DNA from: Geosiphon pyriformis uo1
Lineage: Eukaryota > Fungi > Glomeromycota
DNA length: 64,000 nucleotides
Direction: 5' to 3'
Assembly: GCA_016748015.1 (NCBI GenBank)
Contig: JAAOMT010000519.1
Coordinates: forward strand, 57,906 to 121,905
In this document: positions 40,540-53,155 of the stretch, one piece after another
How positions within the stretch are numbered: position 1 is the first letter of the stretch
How the letters are laid out: the number at the start of each line of letters is the position of its first letter
The notes under the pieces: generated by a model
Databases searched by the model: none
The model's input: the letters and a program-made list of their open reading frames with translations, nothing else
What the model was told of the DNA's origin: nothing
Program-made: the position numbers and the translations under genes

Positions 40540-41300
40540 TTATTATTGGAGGTTTTTCTACTCTTTTTTTAATGTTGTTAATATTATTTTTCTGGTAATC
40601 TTGCTATTGATAGAAGTTGATAAACTTCTTATAAACTAATTTTTTTTTAAAGTATCTCTTTATACTTTAGACTATATTTGCTATTAGATTTATAATAAAA
40701 TAACCAATTCTATACCAATTATTTATATAGTTATTTTGTAGTAAAAGTCAACTTTTTTACAAAAAAATTTTGTCTATAAGCTTTTTAAAATGTATATAGT
40801 TATTTTGCTGTAAAAGTCAAGTTTTTTATAAAAAATTTTAACTATAGACTATTTAATAATATAAAAATATATAAAAAAAGAAAAGAATATAAACCAAAAA
40901 AAAGAAATAAAAAAATGTGTTAAGAAAATTATTTTGAATCTAAGTTTAGAAGTTACTAATGATTACTACAATTAATAACTGATTAATTTCAAACTGTTAG
41001 TAGAAAATGGTTAATTTCAAACAGAAATAATTAAGAATTTTATGTTTTTAATATAAGTTTTATTGAATTGATTTGTAAAGAAGATGGTTTTAACTAAGCT
41101 ATTTTGTAAAAGATTGATTTTAAATAAAATACATTTTTTTGAAAAGAAAACTCTTTTTTTATACAATTTATTATAATACTATTCTATGATTTAGCACTTT
41201 TTTTTTTCTAATTTTTTGACAAACTACAAGTTATTTTTGTAAATTACAGATTATTTTGGTAAGCTGTTAAATATTTTGACAAATTATTAAATATTTTGAT
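40540..41300 (-). repeat. Left arm of a ~760 bp diverged inverted repeat (partner 45300-46060)
   Basis: Its reverse complement aligns colinearly with 45300-46060, e.g. RC gaattggttattttattataaatctaatagcaaatatagtctaaagtataaagagatact vs taaattagttattttatcataaatttgataatatatatagtccaaaatataaaaaaatatt. Confidence 0.8.
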
Positions 41301-41726
41301 GAACTTTAAATATTACATAATTCGGTATATTGTATAATTTAATCATTAAAATTTGGTTATATTTGTGTTCTATACAAATTAGATTATTAATTGAATGATA
41401 ATTTAAATAATTTAATAAGATAATAAGTAATAAATTGAAATGATAATATATATTAATTAATGATAAGAATTATAAAAATAATTTCATGCTAAATAATATC
41501 TTAAATTTTGGCTAATAATACTGTTAATAAATTTTTAAGCATAAAAATAGACTTAAATAAGAAATTAGGTAGTATTTTTTTGGTTGGTAGTAATTATAAA
41601 ACAAATAATAAGAGTTAAATTCATCTTGATTTTAAAACAAATATTTTCAAAACAAAAAAAGTCAATATTAATATAGTAATTGGTCTTTTTATTAATATTT
41701 ACAATTATAATATAAGTAAATTTTCC

Positions 41727-42296
41727 TATTATTATGGTTAAAAATCATAGTTTTTATTAAATATTACATATATTAACTACTAATATTATATAATTAATCA
41801 TTTTATTTTTAAAAAGTAATTAATAATCTAATTAATAATTTAATTGTTAATTACTTTAAATATCTATATAAGTAATAAATATTTTAATTATAAAAAAACA
41901 TGTTAAAAAAATATTAACAAATAATTTTTTATCATAAAAATTTTCAGATACTTAGAAAAAATAGAGAAAAAATTAAGTAAATTAAAAAAATTAGATATTT
42001 AGAAGTAATTTTTATTACTTTAATTTGTATATATTTTATATATTAAAACATATCTTTTTACAGCTAAGAAATACATTTTTTATATAGCTATTTAAAGTAG
42101 TTAATAACCAGATTAATAATTAAATTAATAATTAAGTCATTAATAAAGTCAATAATTTAATTATTAATTAAGTTAATAATTAAGTCAATAATTAAATTAT
42201 TAATTACTTTTTAAAAATAAAATAGCTAATTATATAATATTAGTAATTAATATATGTAATAATAAATAAAAACTATGGTTTTTAACTGTAATAATA
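41727..42296. mobile_element. ~570 bp foldback/MITE-like unit with ~105 bp inverted arms
   Basis: 41727-41833 (tattattatggttaaaaatcatagtttttattaaatattacatatattaactactaatatt...) matches the RC of 42187-42296 (tattattacagttaaaaaccatagtttttatttattattacatatattaattactaatatt...). No clear TSD. Confidence 0.6.
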
Positions 42297-43379
42297 TTTT
42301 AATAAATACAATATTATAATTAATTTTAAAAAAAGTTATTAATTTTATCAATTAAAGTTTTTATAATTCTATTAACAATAATAATATATGTATTAACAAT
42401 TTAATTAATTTAATAATCTAATTAATTTATAAATTGTTTTGTAATAATACTGTTTACTAAACTATTATTAATTTATTAAAGCAATTAACAAGCGAAGCCC
42501 AACCGCTATCTAGTACATAAAACCAAACTAAGTGGCTCAAACTAAATACGATTCACGTACTTTCTACATGTGGCTAGTCACTATTATTAAGTATAAGTTT
42601 AATATAATAATTATTAATTTTAATATTTATATATAAGTTTATTTAAATTTAAAATAGTTCTATTAAATAATAACTTGTTGGTTTTATTTTTTAGATTAAA
42701 AAAATATATTAATAAAAGTATTATATTTAATAATAGTAATAAATAAAATAGTGTTATTATTATTATTATTAAGTTTTAAGTTATTATTAGTTAATCAGTT
42801 TTCTATTATAATAAAAAAACTTAAATAGTATTAAAAATTTAAAAATTAAAACTCTATATTTTTTATAATTTTTTTGTTATTAACTAATAATAATAAAAAT
42901 TGGCTGATAAATAATTATTATTAATTACTAATTTTATTAAATAGTTTTTAGTTTTGAATTTTTATTTAATACTTAAGTCAAAAATTATTGGTAAGATATT
43001 TGTTATAATAATAGCAATAATTTTTATAACTGTAATTAGTAAATAATTTGTAATTGCACCTAAAAATAAGTTATATATATAAGTTGTTAAATATAAATAA
43101 AGTGTTAAAAAATAATATTAGAATGTTAAATGTTATTTTTATAATATTTTAAATTCATAATTTAAGATTTAATATTAACAATTAGAATTTTTATATTGAT
43201 TTTTTAATTATTAATTACTTAATTATAATCTATAATTGATTTTAATATAACTTTATTTATAATAATAATTATAAGTACAAGTTTTTAATATTTACTATTA
43301 ATTTAATAATAATTATAATTAATCTTAAAAATAATTGTTGTTTTAATTGTTTTTATAGTATTATAAAAATTAATATATT

Positions 43380-43920
43380 ATTTAATTTCTAATTAATAAA
43401 TTTACTAAATTATTTTAATTTAATATTTAATTTAGATAAACTGTTTATTATTAAGTTTATAATTTGAAGATTATTGGTTTTTAATTTGGTCAATTTTAAT
43501 TTTTTGCTAATATAACTGCTACTTAAAAATTTGCTAAATGTAATAAACATATTTATTATAAAAAATTGTTTTATAGTTTTTTAATAAATTGGTTTAAAAT
43601 TTATAATACTATAAAATAATTAATATTAATAACTTAAATTTAACATAGATTTCAATAGAACTGTTTTAGATAAATTATAATTGCCTTATTTTTTTTTTGT
43701 TTTATGATAAAAAAATAAGTCTAAAATCGATTAATACTATTATTATTGCAAAAAAACAGTTTTAAATATAGCAAAATTATGATTAAGCTTTAATATTATA
43801 AGTTAATCATGTTTTAAAAAAAGTAAAATATTATTTAAAATATTTTAACATTATTTTAACTATTAATAACAATAGTTTTTTTGATATTATTTAGTTAAAA
43901 CTAAGTATTATTATCTTTGT
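43380..43920 (-). pseudogene. Ty3/gypsy-type retrotransposon gag relic
   Basis: Minus-strand translation: ...F*LNNIKKTIVINS*NNVKIF*IIFYFF*NMINL*Y*SL...NNSINRF...IIKQKKNKAIIIYLKQFY*NLC*I*VININYFIVL*ILNQFIKKL*NNFL**ICLLHLANF*VAVILAK. Reverting transitions (W/Q/R->*, E/G->K, D->N) recovers the Retrotrans_gag pattern W..W...A..WY, KQG.NE.V..Y..RF, QFIRGL...P..L..A...A. Confidence 0.75.
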
Positions 43921-45299
43921 TAATAAATTTTTTAATTTTAATAATAAGTATATATATTATTAATATTGTTAATAATAATAAAAGTACATATAAAAAAGTA
44001 AATTTGGTAATATTATTGTTTTAAAAATTGATAATATTGAGAATAGATATACAAATACAGCTGAATTTAAAAGTATTAAATTTTTTAAGTTTTAAATAAT
44101 TTTTGGAGTTTCACTTAAGATTGATTTTAAAATTAGGTTTTTTTAAAAAAAATTTTATTTTTATTTTTTTTCTTTAACTTAATGTTTTTTTAGTTACTAA
44201 CAGATTTGAAATTTGGTTTAAAGATAATAATTAGACAAATAATAACATAAATAATTATAACTTAAATTTTATAAAAATTGTGTATTAGTTGGCTTTATTA
44301 TAAATGTAAAAATTGTTTTTATGGTTAGTTAAATTGTATTTTCTAAAATATAGTAATATAATAAATTTGTAAATAATACAATTTATTGTTTTTTATATAA
44401 GAAACTAAACTTTTTTTAAAATAACTATAAAAGTTTGTAATTTGTCTTTAAATATTATTAAAAAAAATTTTTGTGTATAAACTTCAATTTTTTGATTTAT
44501 TTCTAAAAAAATTAACATAAAAATTAAAAGCTAATTTAGCTAAAAACTATTATTAATTAATTTTAAGTATTTTTAATAGTATTAATTTGTAAATTAATGT
44601 TTTTAATTTGTTAATTAAATTTAAAGAGTTTTAATTATATGAAAATTTTGACTTGTTAGAATTTTTTGTATAATAAATAAAAATTCAATATTAATAACTA
44701 ATAATACTTAGTGTTTAATTGCCATTATGTAATAATTAGTTTATTTTAGTATTTTTTATTTTTTTAATAAGCAATTTTAGTTTTTTAACTATTTTTTTGC
44801 ATTTTTTACCAAGTAATCTTTAATATTATAATCTTAATACTTTTTTTAATTAATTAATAATAATTAAATAAAATAAAAAAATAAAAATTAGCATTTAATC
44901 AATAATTATAATTAAGAGCTATTGTTTTAATAAAGTTAATAATATTAAGTTAATATTATTAGTATTAATTTCAAAATAAGTAAGTTTTAATAAAATGAAA
45001 ATTAATTTATAAAAATTAAATAGTAAATAATTTGAATAATAATTTTATTAAAAACTTATTTATTTTAAGTGCTAAATTCTTAACTGCTAAAATTATTTGG
45101 TAAAAATTAAACTAAATTTAATTGTTTTTTTTGTTATTAATACTCCTATAAATTTTTATAATATAAAATTTCTAAAAATTATAATAATTTTTACATTTTT
45201 TCTAAAATATTGCTAAAATTTTTGACATTTTTGGAATTTTTTCTGGTATTTCTAAAATTTTTGGTATTATATAGTTTAATAATTTCTATTCTATTATTA

Positions 45300-46060
45300 A
45301 ATTTACAGAAATATTTAATAATTTGATAAAATATTTAACAGTTTATTAAAATAGTCTATAATTACAAAAATAACTTATAGTTTGATAAAATATATCTTTA
45401 GTTTATTAAAATATTAAAAAAAAGTATTAGACTATAAAATAATATTATAATAAGTTATATAAAAAAAGAGCTTTTTTTTTTGAAAAAATGTATTTTTCAT
45501 TTAAATTAAAATTAAAATTAATTTAAAAAACTATTACAAATTAATTTAAATAAAACTTATCTTGAAAATCTAAATTATTAATTATTATTGTTCTGAAAAT
45601 ATTAAATTAAAAACCAATATTTTAAAATTAATTAATTATTAATTTCAGTAATTGTTAGTACTTTCAAATCTAAACTAAAAATAACTTTATTTAAACATAT
45701 TTTCTTATTTTTTTTTAGTTTATTTTTTATTTTTTTATATTTTTATATTTTTACATTATTAGATAGCTTATAATTAAAACTTTTTGTAAAAAAAATTAAC
45801 TTTAATAGCTAAAATAACTATATATTATTGAAAAACTTATAGACAGAATTTTTGTAAAAAAATTAACTTTTATTATAAAGTAATTAATACTAAATTAGTT
45901 ATTTTATCATAAATTTGATAATATATATAGTCCAAAATATAAAAAAATATTTTTAAAAAAAATTAACTTATTAAAAATTTATTAACTTTTATTAACAAAG
46001 AAATTAGCAACAAATAGTATTAATAATATCAAGAAAAAAGTATAAAAAATCTTTAGTAAT
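45300..46060 (+). repeat. Right arm of the ~760 bp diverged inverted repeat
   Basis: See partner 40540-41300; differences are mostly transitions plus some indels. Confidence 0.8.
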
Positions 46061-49059
46061 ATTAACTAATTTATATTATATGAAACTATTAATTATTTTT
46101 TAAATTATTTTATAAATAATATTAATAATTTCAAAATTTTATAATTAAAAAAATATTCTGATTAATATTTTTCTAATTAATTTAATTAAAACTGCCAAGA
46201 AAATTTTGTTCAATTATATTTTTGTTTATTAGTAAATTACCAATTGTAATTGTTAAAAAAAAATTATATAAATATTTTGGTATTTTTTTGTTAATAGATA
46301 GTTTTTTCAAGTTAAGTTTAGCTAAAACTTATCTTGATATCAAATTTTTTGCAAATATAATCTTAAAAAAAACTGTTTTAAACAAACAATTTTTATATTT
46401 GGTTTTTATTATATTATAATTAATTATTAATTATAGATTTTAGTTTTGTTTATAAAAAAATTCAAACTAAGAATAAGATTATATCATAAATAAATTTTTT
46501 AAATGCTTTGAAAATTATTGGTTAGTTATTTAATTACTGTTTTTTGAATTTACAGATTATAAATTGGTCTTTTAAAAATTTATTGCAATTTTTTGTTAAA
46601 TTAAAAATCAGTATAATTAACAATTTTTTAACCAAAATAGTCAGAATTTTTTTAGATTACAATATTATTTTTGCAAATTTTCGTTTATTTGGTAAATAAT
46701 ATTCTTATATTAAATATTTTGAATGTTTTATTATATTATAAAGTAGTTAGTTTGTTAAAAAAATTTAGTATGGCTTTTGGTAAAAAACATATTAATAAAC
46801 ATGATTAAATTTTTGATTAAAAAATATTTTATTATTAGAAAAAGCTAAATCTAAAAGATTTTATATTTTTTTAATTCAATATTATTATTAATTTTTTTTA
46901 AGTTAAAGATTTAAACATAGTTGTTTTATTTTCTAATTATAGTTTTGTTTGTTAAAATATATATAAATTTAATTTTTTTTGTAATTAATAAGTATTTAAT
47001 AAAAGTAAATTTATTTATTATAAATATTTTTACAGATAGTTTGTTAAAAAATTTAAATTTATATAAAATAACTAGTAATATTTTGGTATTTTTTGAGAAT
47101 TTAAATATAAGTATTAGTATTTGTGTTTTTGTTTTAGTTTTATTAATATTGGCTAAATTATAAACTATTTTTTTAGTATTTAAATATATACTAATATTTA
47201 ATATAATAAAAATTTATTTTAATAGCCAAATTGGTTTTAATATTTATGTATTTAAGCTTATTTTAAGATTGTCTAATTTTTGTAATTATTTTTGAATAAA
47301 AAAAACAGATTATTAATTTTATTTGTAAAAAAATATTTTAATTATTTAGTCAAAAGTTAAAAATTACTTTAATATTATTAATAATAAAATTGTTAATGTT
47401 TTAATTAATATAATTGTTTATTTATCTTTATATCTTTTTGTTTTGATTTGTAAAAGATTTTTTTAAATTAATAGTACTGTTATTTTTAATAATATTTAAT
47501 ATTATGTTTAATAAAAAACCAAATTAAGTATTAATATAATTGATAACATAATTAAAAATATAAATTAGATTTGTATTTTTTTGATTTAATATTTTAATTT
47601 TCATATATAGTCTGAATTTATTAACAAATTTACAATTAGTTTGTATATTCATTTAATAAAATTAGTTTATAGACAATTATTTATTGTTATATAAAAATAT
47701 TTATATAATAAATAATATTATATTACTATTGGCTACAAGTTTTAATTAAATATTAAAAACACATTAAAAATACATATAATATTTTTAATATTATAAAAAA
47801 CAATAATAGTAAAAATAAAACTAAACACAAAAATTATAAAAACTTTGCAATTTTAAAAATAAATAAAGATTGTAATTTAATAAGTTTAACTTATATAGTA
47901 ATTTTTAAAAAAGTTTAATATTGTTTTAGTATTTGATTTTAAATTAAAAAAACATGTAAAAACTAAAATACAATTTTAAATATAAATAATTTGTCTTTTA
48001 CAGTTTTATTAAACATTAAAATAAAATTATTTACTTATAAAACTTTTAATAATTTGTAAAAAAATTTTAAATATTACCAAAAGCAGTATTTTAAAAAACA
48101 ACAAACAAATGTTTTAATTTTTATCTTATTAGTCCAATTTATAAAAGTAGATAATTTAATAAGTTGATTATTAGAAGTTACATATAAAAATATGATTTGT
48201 TTAGCTTTTAAAACCATTAAAGATTAATTAAAATTTAACATATTAGATAATACAATCAAAAACTAATTTAAATTAAAATAAGCTAATATGTTATTAATAT
48301 TATTGTTTAAAACAAACAACTAATTGTCATTTATAGCCATAACAGAACCAAGTTTTATAATTAGTATTGGTATTGCAAGTTTGGCAAAAAAGCCAAAAAA
48401 AACCAAAGTTTTATTTCTTATAAAAGAAGCTGGTTTTAAAACATTAAAAATAACACCAAAAACACCAGAAAAATTTGCTATCAAACATAACAAATATTTA
48501 AAAAAGTTTTTTTGATTAACTTGGTTTTTTAACCATTTGGACAGCAGTAAAAAGAAAATATTAATATTTTGGAACTTTTGAGAGAAACAGAGATTACACC
48601 AAAAAATAATGCTTTAAAATCAACAAAAAATTACTTTATTTAAAAAAAATGCTTTTATAGAATGTTATTAAATAGCTTTAACAATTATGAATACTTTATT
48701 GGTAAAAATATTATTAGCTAATTTAGGAGATAAAAAAGTTGCAACTTTTTTACTCTTTGCTTCAATTGTAATTATAAAAATATAAAAGAAAGAAAAGTTA
48801 CTTTGCCAATCGCCACTTGGGAAGTTTGAAATCAGATAGTCCGATATCGATAAAACGAATATTAGAAAATTTTTCATTAGGTGGCTATTCCATTTACGTA
48901 GTTTCATTGTGAGTATTTTCGATTTGTAAATTTGATAATCATTCTCAAGCGAATATTCAATTTTAATTTCGTCCAAAGAAAGAAGTGTTTTTCAAGATGA
49001 AAACGATCAAAAGAAAGATCCTATTTCAGAACCCGACTAAGTACATTCTTCAGATTTTT

Positions 49060-50679
49060 ATGGCTTCAAATTCCAATTTCAGTTTGTATATTTAAGCGCC
49101 TTTTTGCCTATTAAGGGTGGTATCAATAATAAGTTCACACGTAGAAATGTCCGTGGAACAATAAAGTGCTTGAACTTAATTTTGCCTAAAATTTTATCTC
49201 TGAATTTTTGAAGTCTCCCAATCAATGATCTTTGTAAATCTTGAAAACGATCGGTATTCAATTTATTCTTGTTTTCTGGTGAATCGGCTATGGTGTGAAA
49301 CGGCTATTGAGAGATTATGGAGCCATCCATTTCGACTTGCCGACCAAATGGGGCTTGTGACCAGACCATTTGTCAAAATCGAGCGAAAAAACTAGTCCAT
49401 ATTTGTGTCGCGCTTCTTATTGACAAGCATCTTTTTAAAGGCAACATGGGGAAAGACAGGAAAAGGAAATTACACTTGAAGATACTGGTGAAAGTAGTAA
49501 AATTATCCTCGTTCATCGACTAAATCCAGTTTTCGATCATTTGCGATTTAATTGAACTCTTGACCTCGGTTTTTTGGTAACGTCGGTCCAAATTAGTAAA
49601 ATTTTAGGCCAAGAGCAGCAACTCATTTGGAATCAACTTCCAGCTGATATCGAAAATGAATTCTTCATTATGTCATACCCTCTTAACTATACTTGTGTGC
49701 TCTCTAATTTTTTTATGATACATGCCCCAAATTTACGAACACTAGCAATTAGGAGGAATATGATGGGCATAAAAAATCTAATGATCTTTCTTATACAATT
49801 AAAAGTAAAAAGGTGGAAACATACGGAGTTTTTAATTGTATTCCAAAAACCGATAAATTCTTTGAGAAACTTGAAGAAATAAGATGCACATCTTTGAGTT
49901 ATGACAAAGAGATTTATTCCTTACAATCGCTCTAAAAGCCCCCAATATTCGAAATTTTCAGTCAATCTGGGTATTGTCCCTGGATTGATTTAGGGGGCTC
50001 AAAAAATACATGTGAGATGCTCAGCGAAGTGATTGAAAATCTTAACTGTTTGGAAGAATTTCATCTTGAATGTTGTCGAAACGAAAGAGAAAAGCTCTTT
50101 ACTGCATTATGGAAACACAACCCATATTTGCGTCACGTTTCTTTTCAAAGATTGGAGCTTCTTAATTGTAATTTTTTACGATTCCTCTGTGAATGTGAAT
50201 GCTACAATATTTGAAACTTGAAAATTGCACCAACCTCTGTTTTCGGGTCAAACAATTCAATTAAATCTTCTGCTTTCTATATTTTATCGGTCCTTGACAT
50301 TCAAAGCGTGTATGTACCACCTGAAGTCCTGGAATTTATAGTTAGTAAAGCCGGTCCTTCCCTCGAGATTCTTCGGCTGGGTGGTAATAGTACCGTAAAC
50401 ACATTTCAAAGAATCGTCTTGAAGCTTGATATTGTGACAATTTTTTGCAAGAATTTGAAGGAATTTACATACTATGCAGAACGAGATGAAATTCCAAGCT
50501 TAATAAACATCTTTGAAAATTGTGGTAGATTAAGAGCACTTTACGATGCAGATAGCATCGAAGTTCCATTTGCAACGAGGGGTAGAAATTTATTGGAAGA
50601 ATTTGATGGTGTTTTATTATCCGAACGACTTGTTAGATGGAATGGCGAAGTTGAAATTACCAAATTTGATACATCTTAG
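49060..50679 (+). pseudogene. F-box/LRR (RNI-like) protein pseudogene
   Basis: LENDRYSIYSCFLVNRLWCETAIERLWSHPF (about 49240-49335) is the AMF-type F-box signature. Downstream LRR-like fragments (APNLRTLAI, LEEFHLECC, SLEILRLGG, CKNLKEF, ENCGRLRAL) are scattered over frames with stops. Confidence 0.8.
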
Positions 50680-51477
50680 ACTTGGCCTTTTCCACTAATT
50701 CACTTGAAAAGTTTTTGATACAATCCGAGGCACCAATTTCCACTTTTGCATCTCATGTTTCACCACTCTTTGGTAACAATAATGCAGCTGTCATATAGAA
50801 TGTCTTTAAAAATTTAAAGCTATATCAGAAAGAGGGTTGTTGAATGGAACACTGGGATTTTTAGAAGTTGTAAAGCTTGTCTCTTTGACCATTTTCTCTA
50901 ATTTTAACCATTTTAATAAGCTTAGAAGTTTTAATGCAGAAATTGAAGATTCCTTTATATTTGGAAGCCTACATAGCATAATTGCTCGTTCTTAAGATTA
51001 CATAATATGCAAAAGTTTAAGGCAAATTTGGAATTCCCAATCTATGTTTAGAATGATAAATCAATGACGCGTTTATTGCGACACATCGGTCATGCTTGCG
51101 ACATTGTGAAGTAATTGTGTATCAAGTACTCACTCCAACCATAAATCTTGGCCTGGTGTCTCAGCCTCGAATATGAAATACAATCTTGCGATTTTGATAT
51201 TAAATGTGATTTTGAAACAGGAAATGCTATCTACTTTTTTAATGAAAATGCTGTTTCGGTTAGTTGATCAATTTCAAAAACATTCAAACGATAAAATGAG
51301 TTTCACATACAGTAAGACTCCAAAAATACAATTCAACTTCACACTAAATAAATATGTAAATGGGCCTTTAAAAATTATAAAATCAGCGTATCGACCCCTA
51401 TAAAAAATAAGATCAATTTAACAATTTATTGCATAGAATATTCTGACATCCTCAAAATTGAAATTGCCAAATTCAAG

Positions 51478-52713
51478 ATGGTAGACATATATATGAGCAA
51501 TGACATAAATCAAGTTATGGCCTTGGTTCCAGGAGCGTACCCACAAAAAGGTAGAGAGCATAGTCTGCAATTTACCAAGTCCACGAAGACATCCTTGAAT
51601 TCTTTTATAATATAAAGATATCTCTTCCAATCTCGTAGATCAGCAAATCCTGACACCATATACTTCCCATAACCACACAAACGGCAATGGTACAACCAAT
51701 ACACAAATTGAACATATTCTACCTACACATGAAAATGACATAAATCTCAATATCAGGGACAGATCCATGTCTTTCAGTGGTAACATATCGACTTTCTTAA
51801 AATGTGAAATCAAATGTTCATTATGGACATTTTTATTTAATTTCACTTATTTTCAGAAACAGAAAGCAACTCCTCATCAAGCGATTCATCGTCCTCATCG
51901 AGTCATCAAGATATTGACACAAGCACTTCAACCACATTCAAAAAAAAAAATCGGAAATCTCACGGTTCAACATCAATTTCGTCATCTTTACCAAATGATC
52001 AAAATCATGAAAGTCCAATCATTTCAACCCTAAATATCAATCAGAATAATTCTAACTCTTCACCAACAACGATAAGTACTACGGAAAATCAACGCCCTTC
52101 AAAACCAACCCCCCTCAATATAAACTATGACGAAATTCATCCACTTTTCGCATCCCCTTTAAAATCCAATACATCAACTTCCCCCGTAAATATATACTCT
52201 CCCGCAACATTTAGCATCCTCTCGCCGACAGATAAATTTGAAAAAAAAAAACAAAAGCAAAAGAAAAATAAAGGTAAAACCTGGTATAAAAAACGTACTG
52301 GAACTCATAGTCCTCCATCGGAACCAATTGAGTCACCTCGTACGTCCGTAGATTCACCCCATGAACGGTCTTCTGAAGACTCGCAAGAGCGTCCGGTTGG
52401 AACCCCGTGGAATGAAAATGCCCCTGAGAATGTGTACCGGTTTAATCAAGTTCAAAAAGAACCAAATAGTGATTCCGAGAAACAATATCAACGTGTAAAT
52501 AAATATGGATCAGCTGGAAGCAGTGACGAATCAAATTCTTCTGGAGAGAAAGTTACAAAAAAAGATAAAAGAGTCGGATCAGTGATTGCAAAGACCGTTG
52601 GGAATATTAAGGTTTTTATATTTTAATTCTTAGAAATCTGGGATCAAAAGTTCTTGAATTTTAATAATCATCCATTTTTTGGTTTACAGGAAAAACTGGG
52701 AAACTTGTATTAA
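51478..52713 (+). CDS. Hypothetical Ser/Pro/Thr-rich disordered protein, 4 exons
   Basis: Exons about 51478-51550, 51639-51779, 51858-52611, 52690-52713 splice in frame at GT-AG sites. The third exon is a ~750 nt stop-free frame lacking an ATG, so the ORF track mostly missed it. Starts MVDIYMSNDINQVMALVPGAYPQK, ends KTVGNIK|EKLGNLY*. Confidence 0.7.
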
Positions 52714-53155
52714 AACAATGAACAAAGACTGCAATTAATCAATGCGAACTTAAGAGCGCCCATCAAAGAAGTCGTGAATTTGGCCAATCAAATTGAAACA
52801 TTCATATCTTCGCATTTTTTTACAATTTTAATTATCTGTGTATAAAATCAAGACAATATTAATATTTATTGTATACAGCAGTGATTTCTTATATCCGTAT
52901 ATTTAATATCTCATTTTAAAAAATATAGTTTTGAAAAACCACATAAGTATGTCTCCATTGAACAAATGTTTTGAACTTTATCCCCAGACCATGATTCTCG
53001 AAAGTACTCGTGATCGGTAAAAAGATTTTCCCAAGCAAATATGAACTTTTATTTATAATCGACAAGAAATTTTGATCTAACTGATGTGACAATCGAATTT
53101 GGAATAAAAAAATTTCCTGAAATCGAGTTCTTGTTAATCAAACAAGCGGCTTAAA

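Larger units (their letters stand above)
39300..48800. mobile_element. Block of nested, heavily C->T-eroded transposable-element relics
   Basis: Very low GC, near absence of CpG, a recognisable gag relic and internal diverged inverted repeats. Boundaries are approximate. Confidence 0.8.

Noticed and set aside
42500-42510. 11-mer CAACCGCTATC shared with the minus strand near 59489-59499
   Set aside because: No flanking similarity; compatible with chance.
46200-48660. Assigning the right part of the AT block to a LINE endonuclease/ORF1, and 39900-40130 to a MULE transposase
   Set aside because: Only suggestive fragments; too eroded to support a family call by eye.
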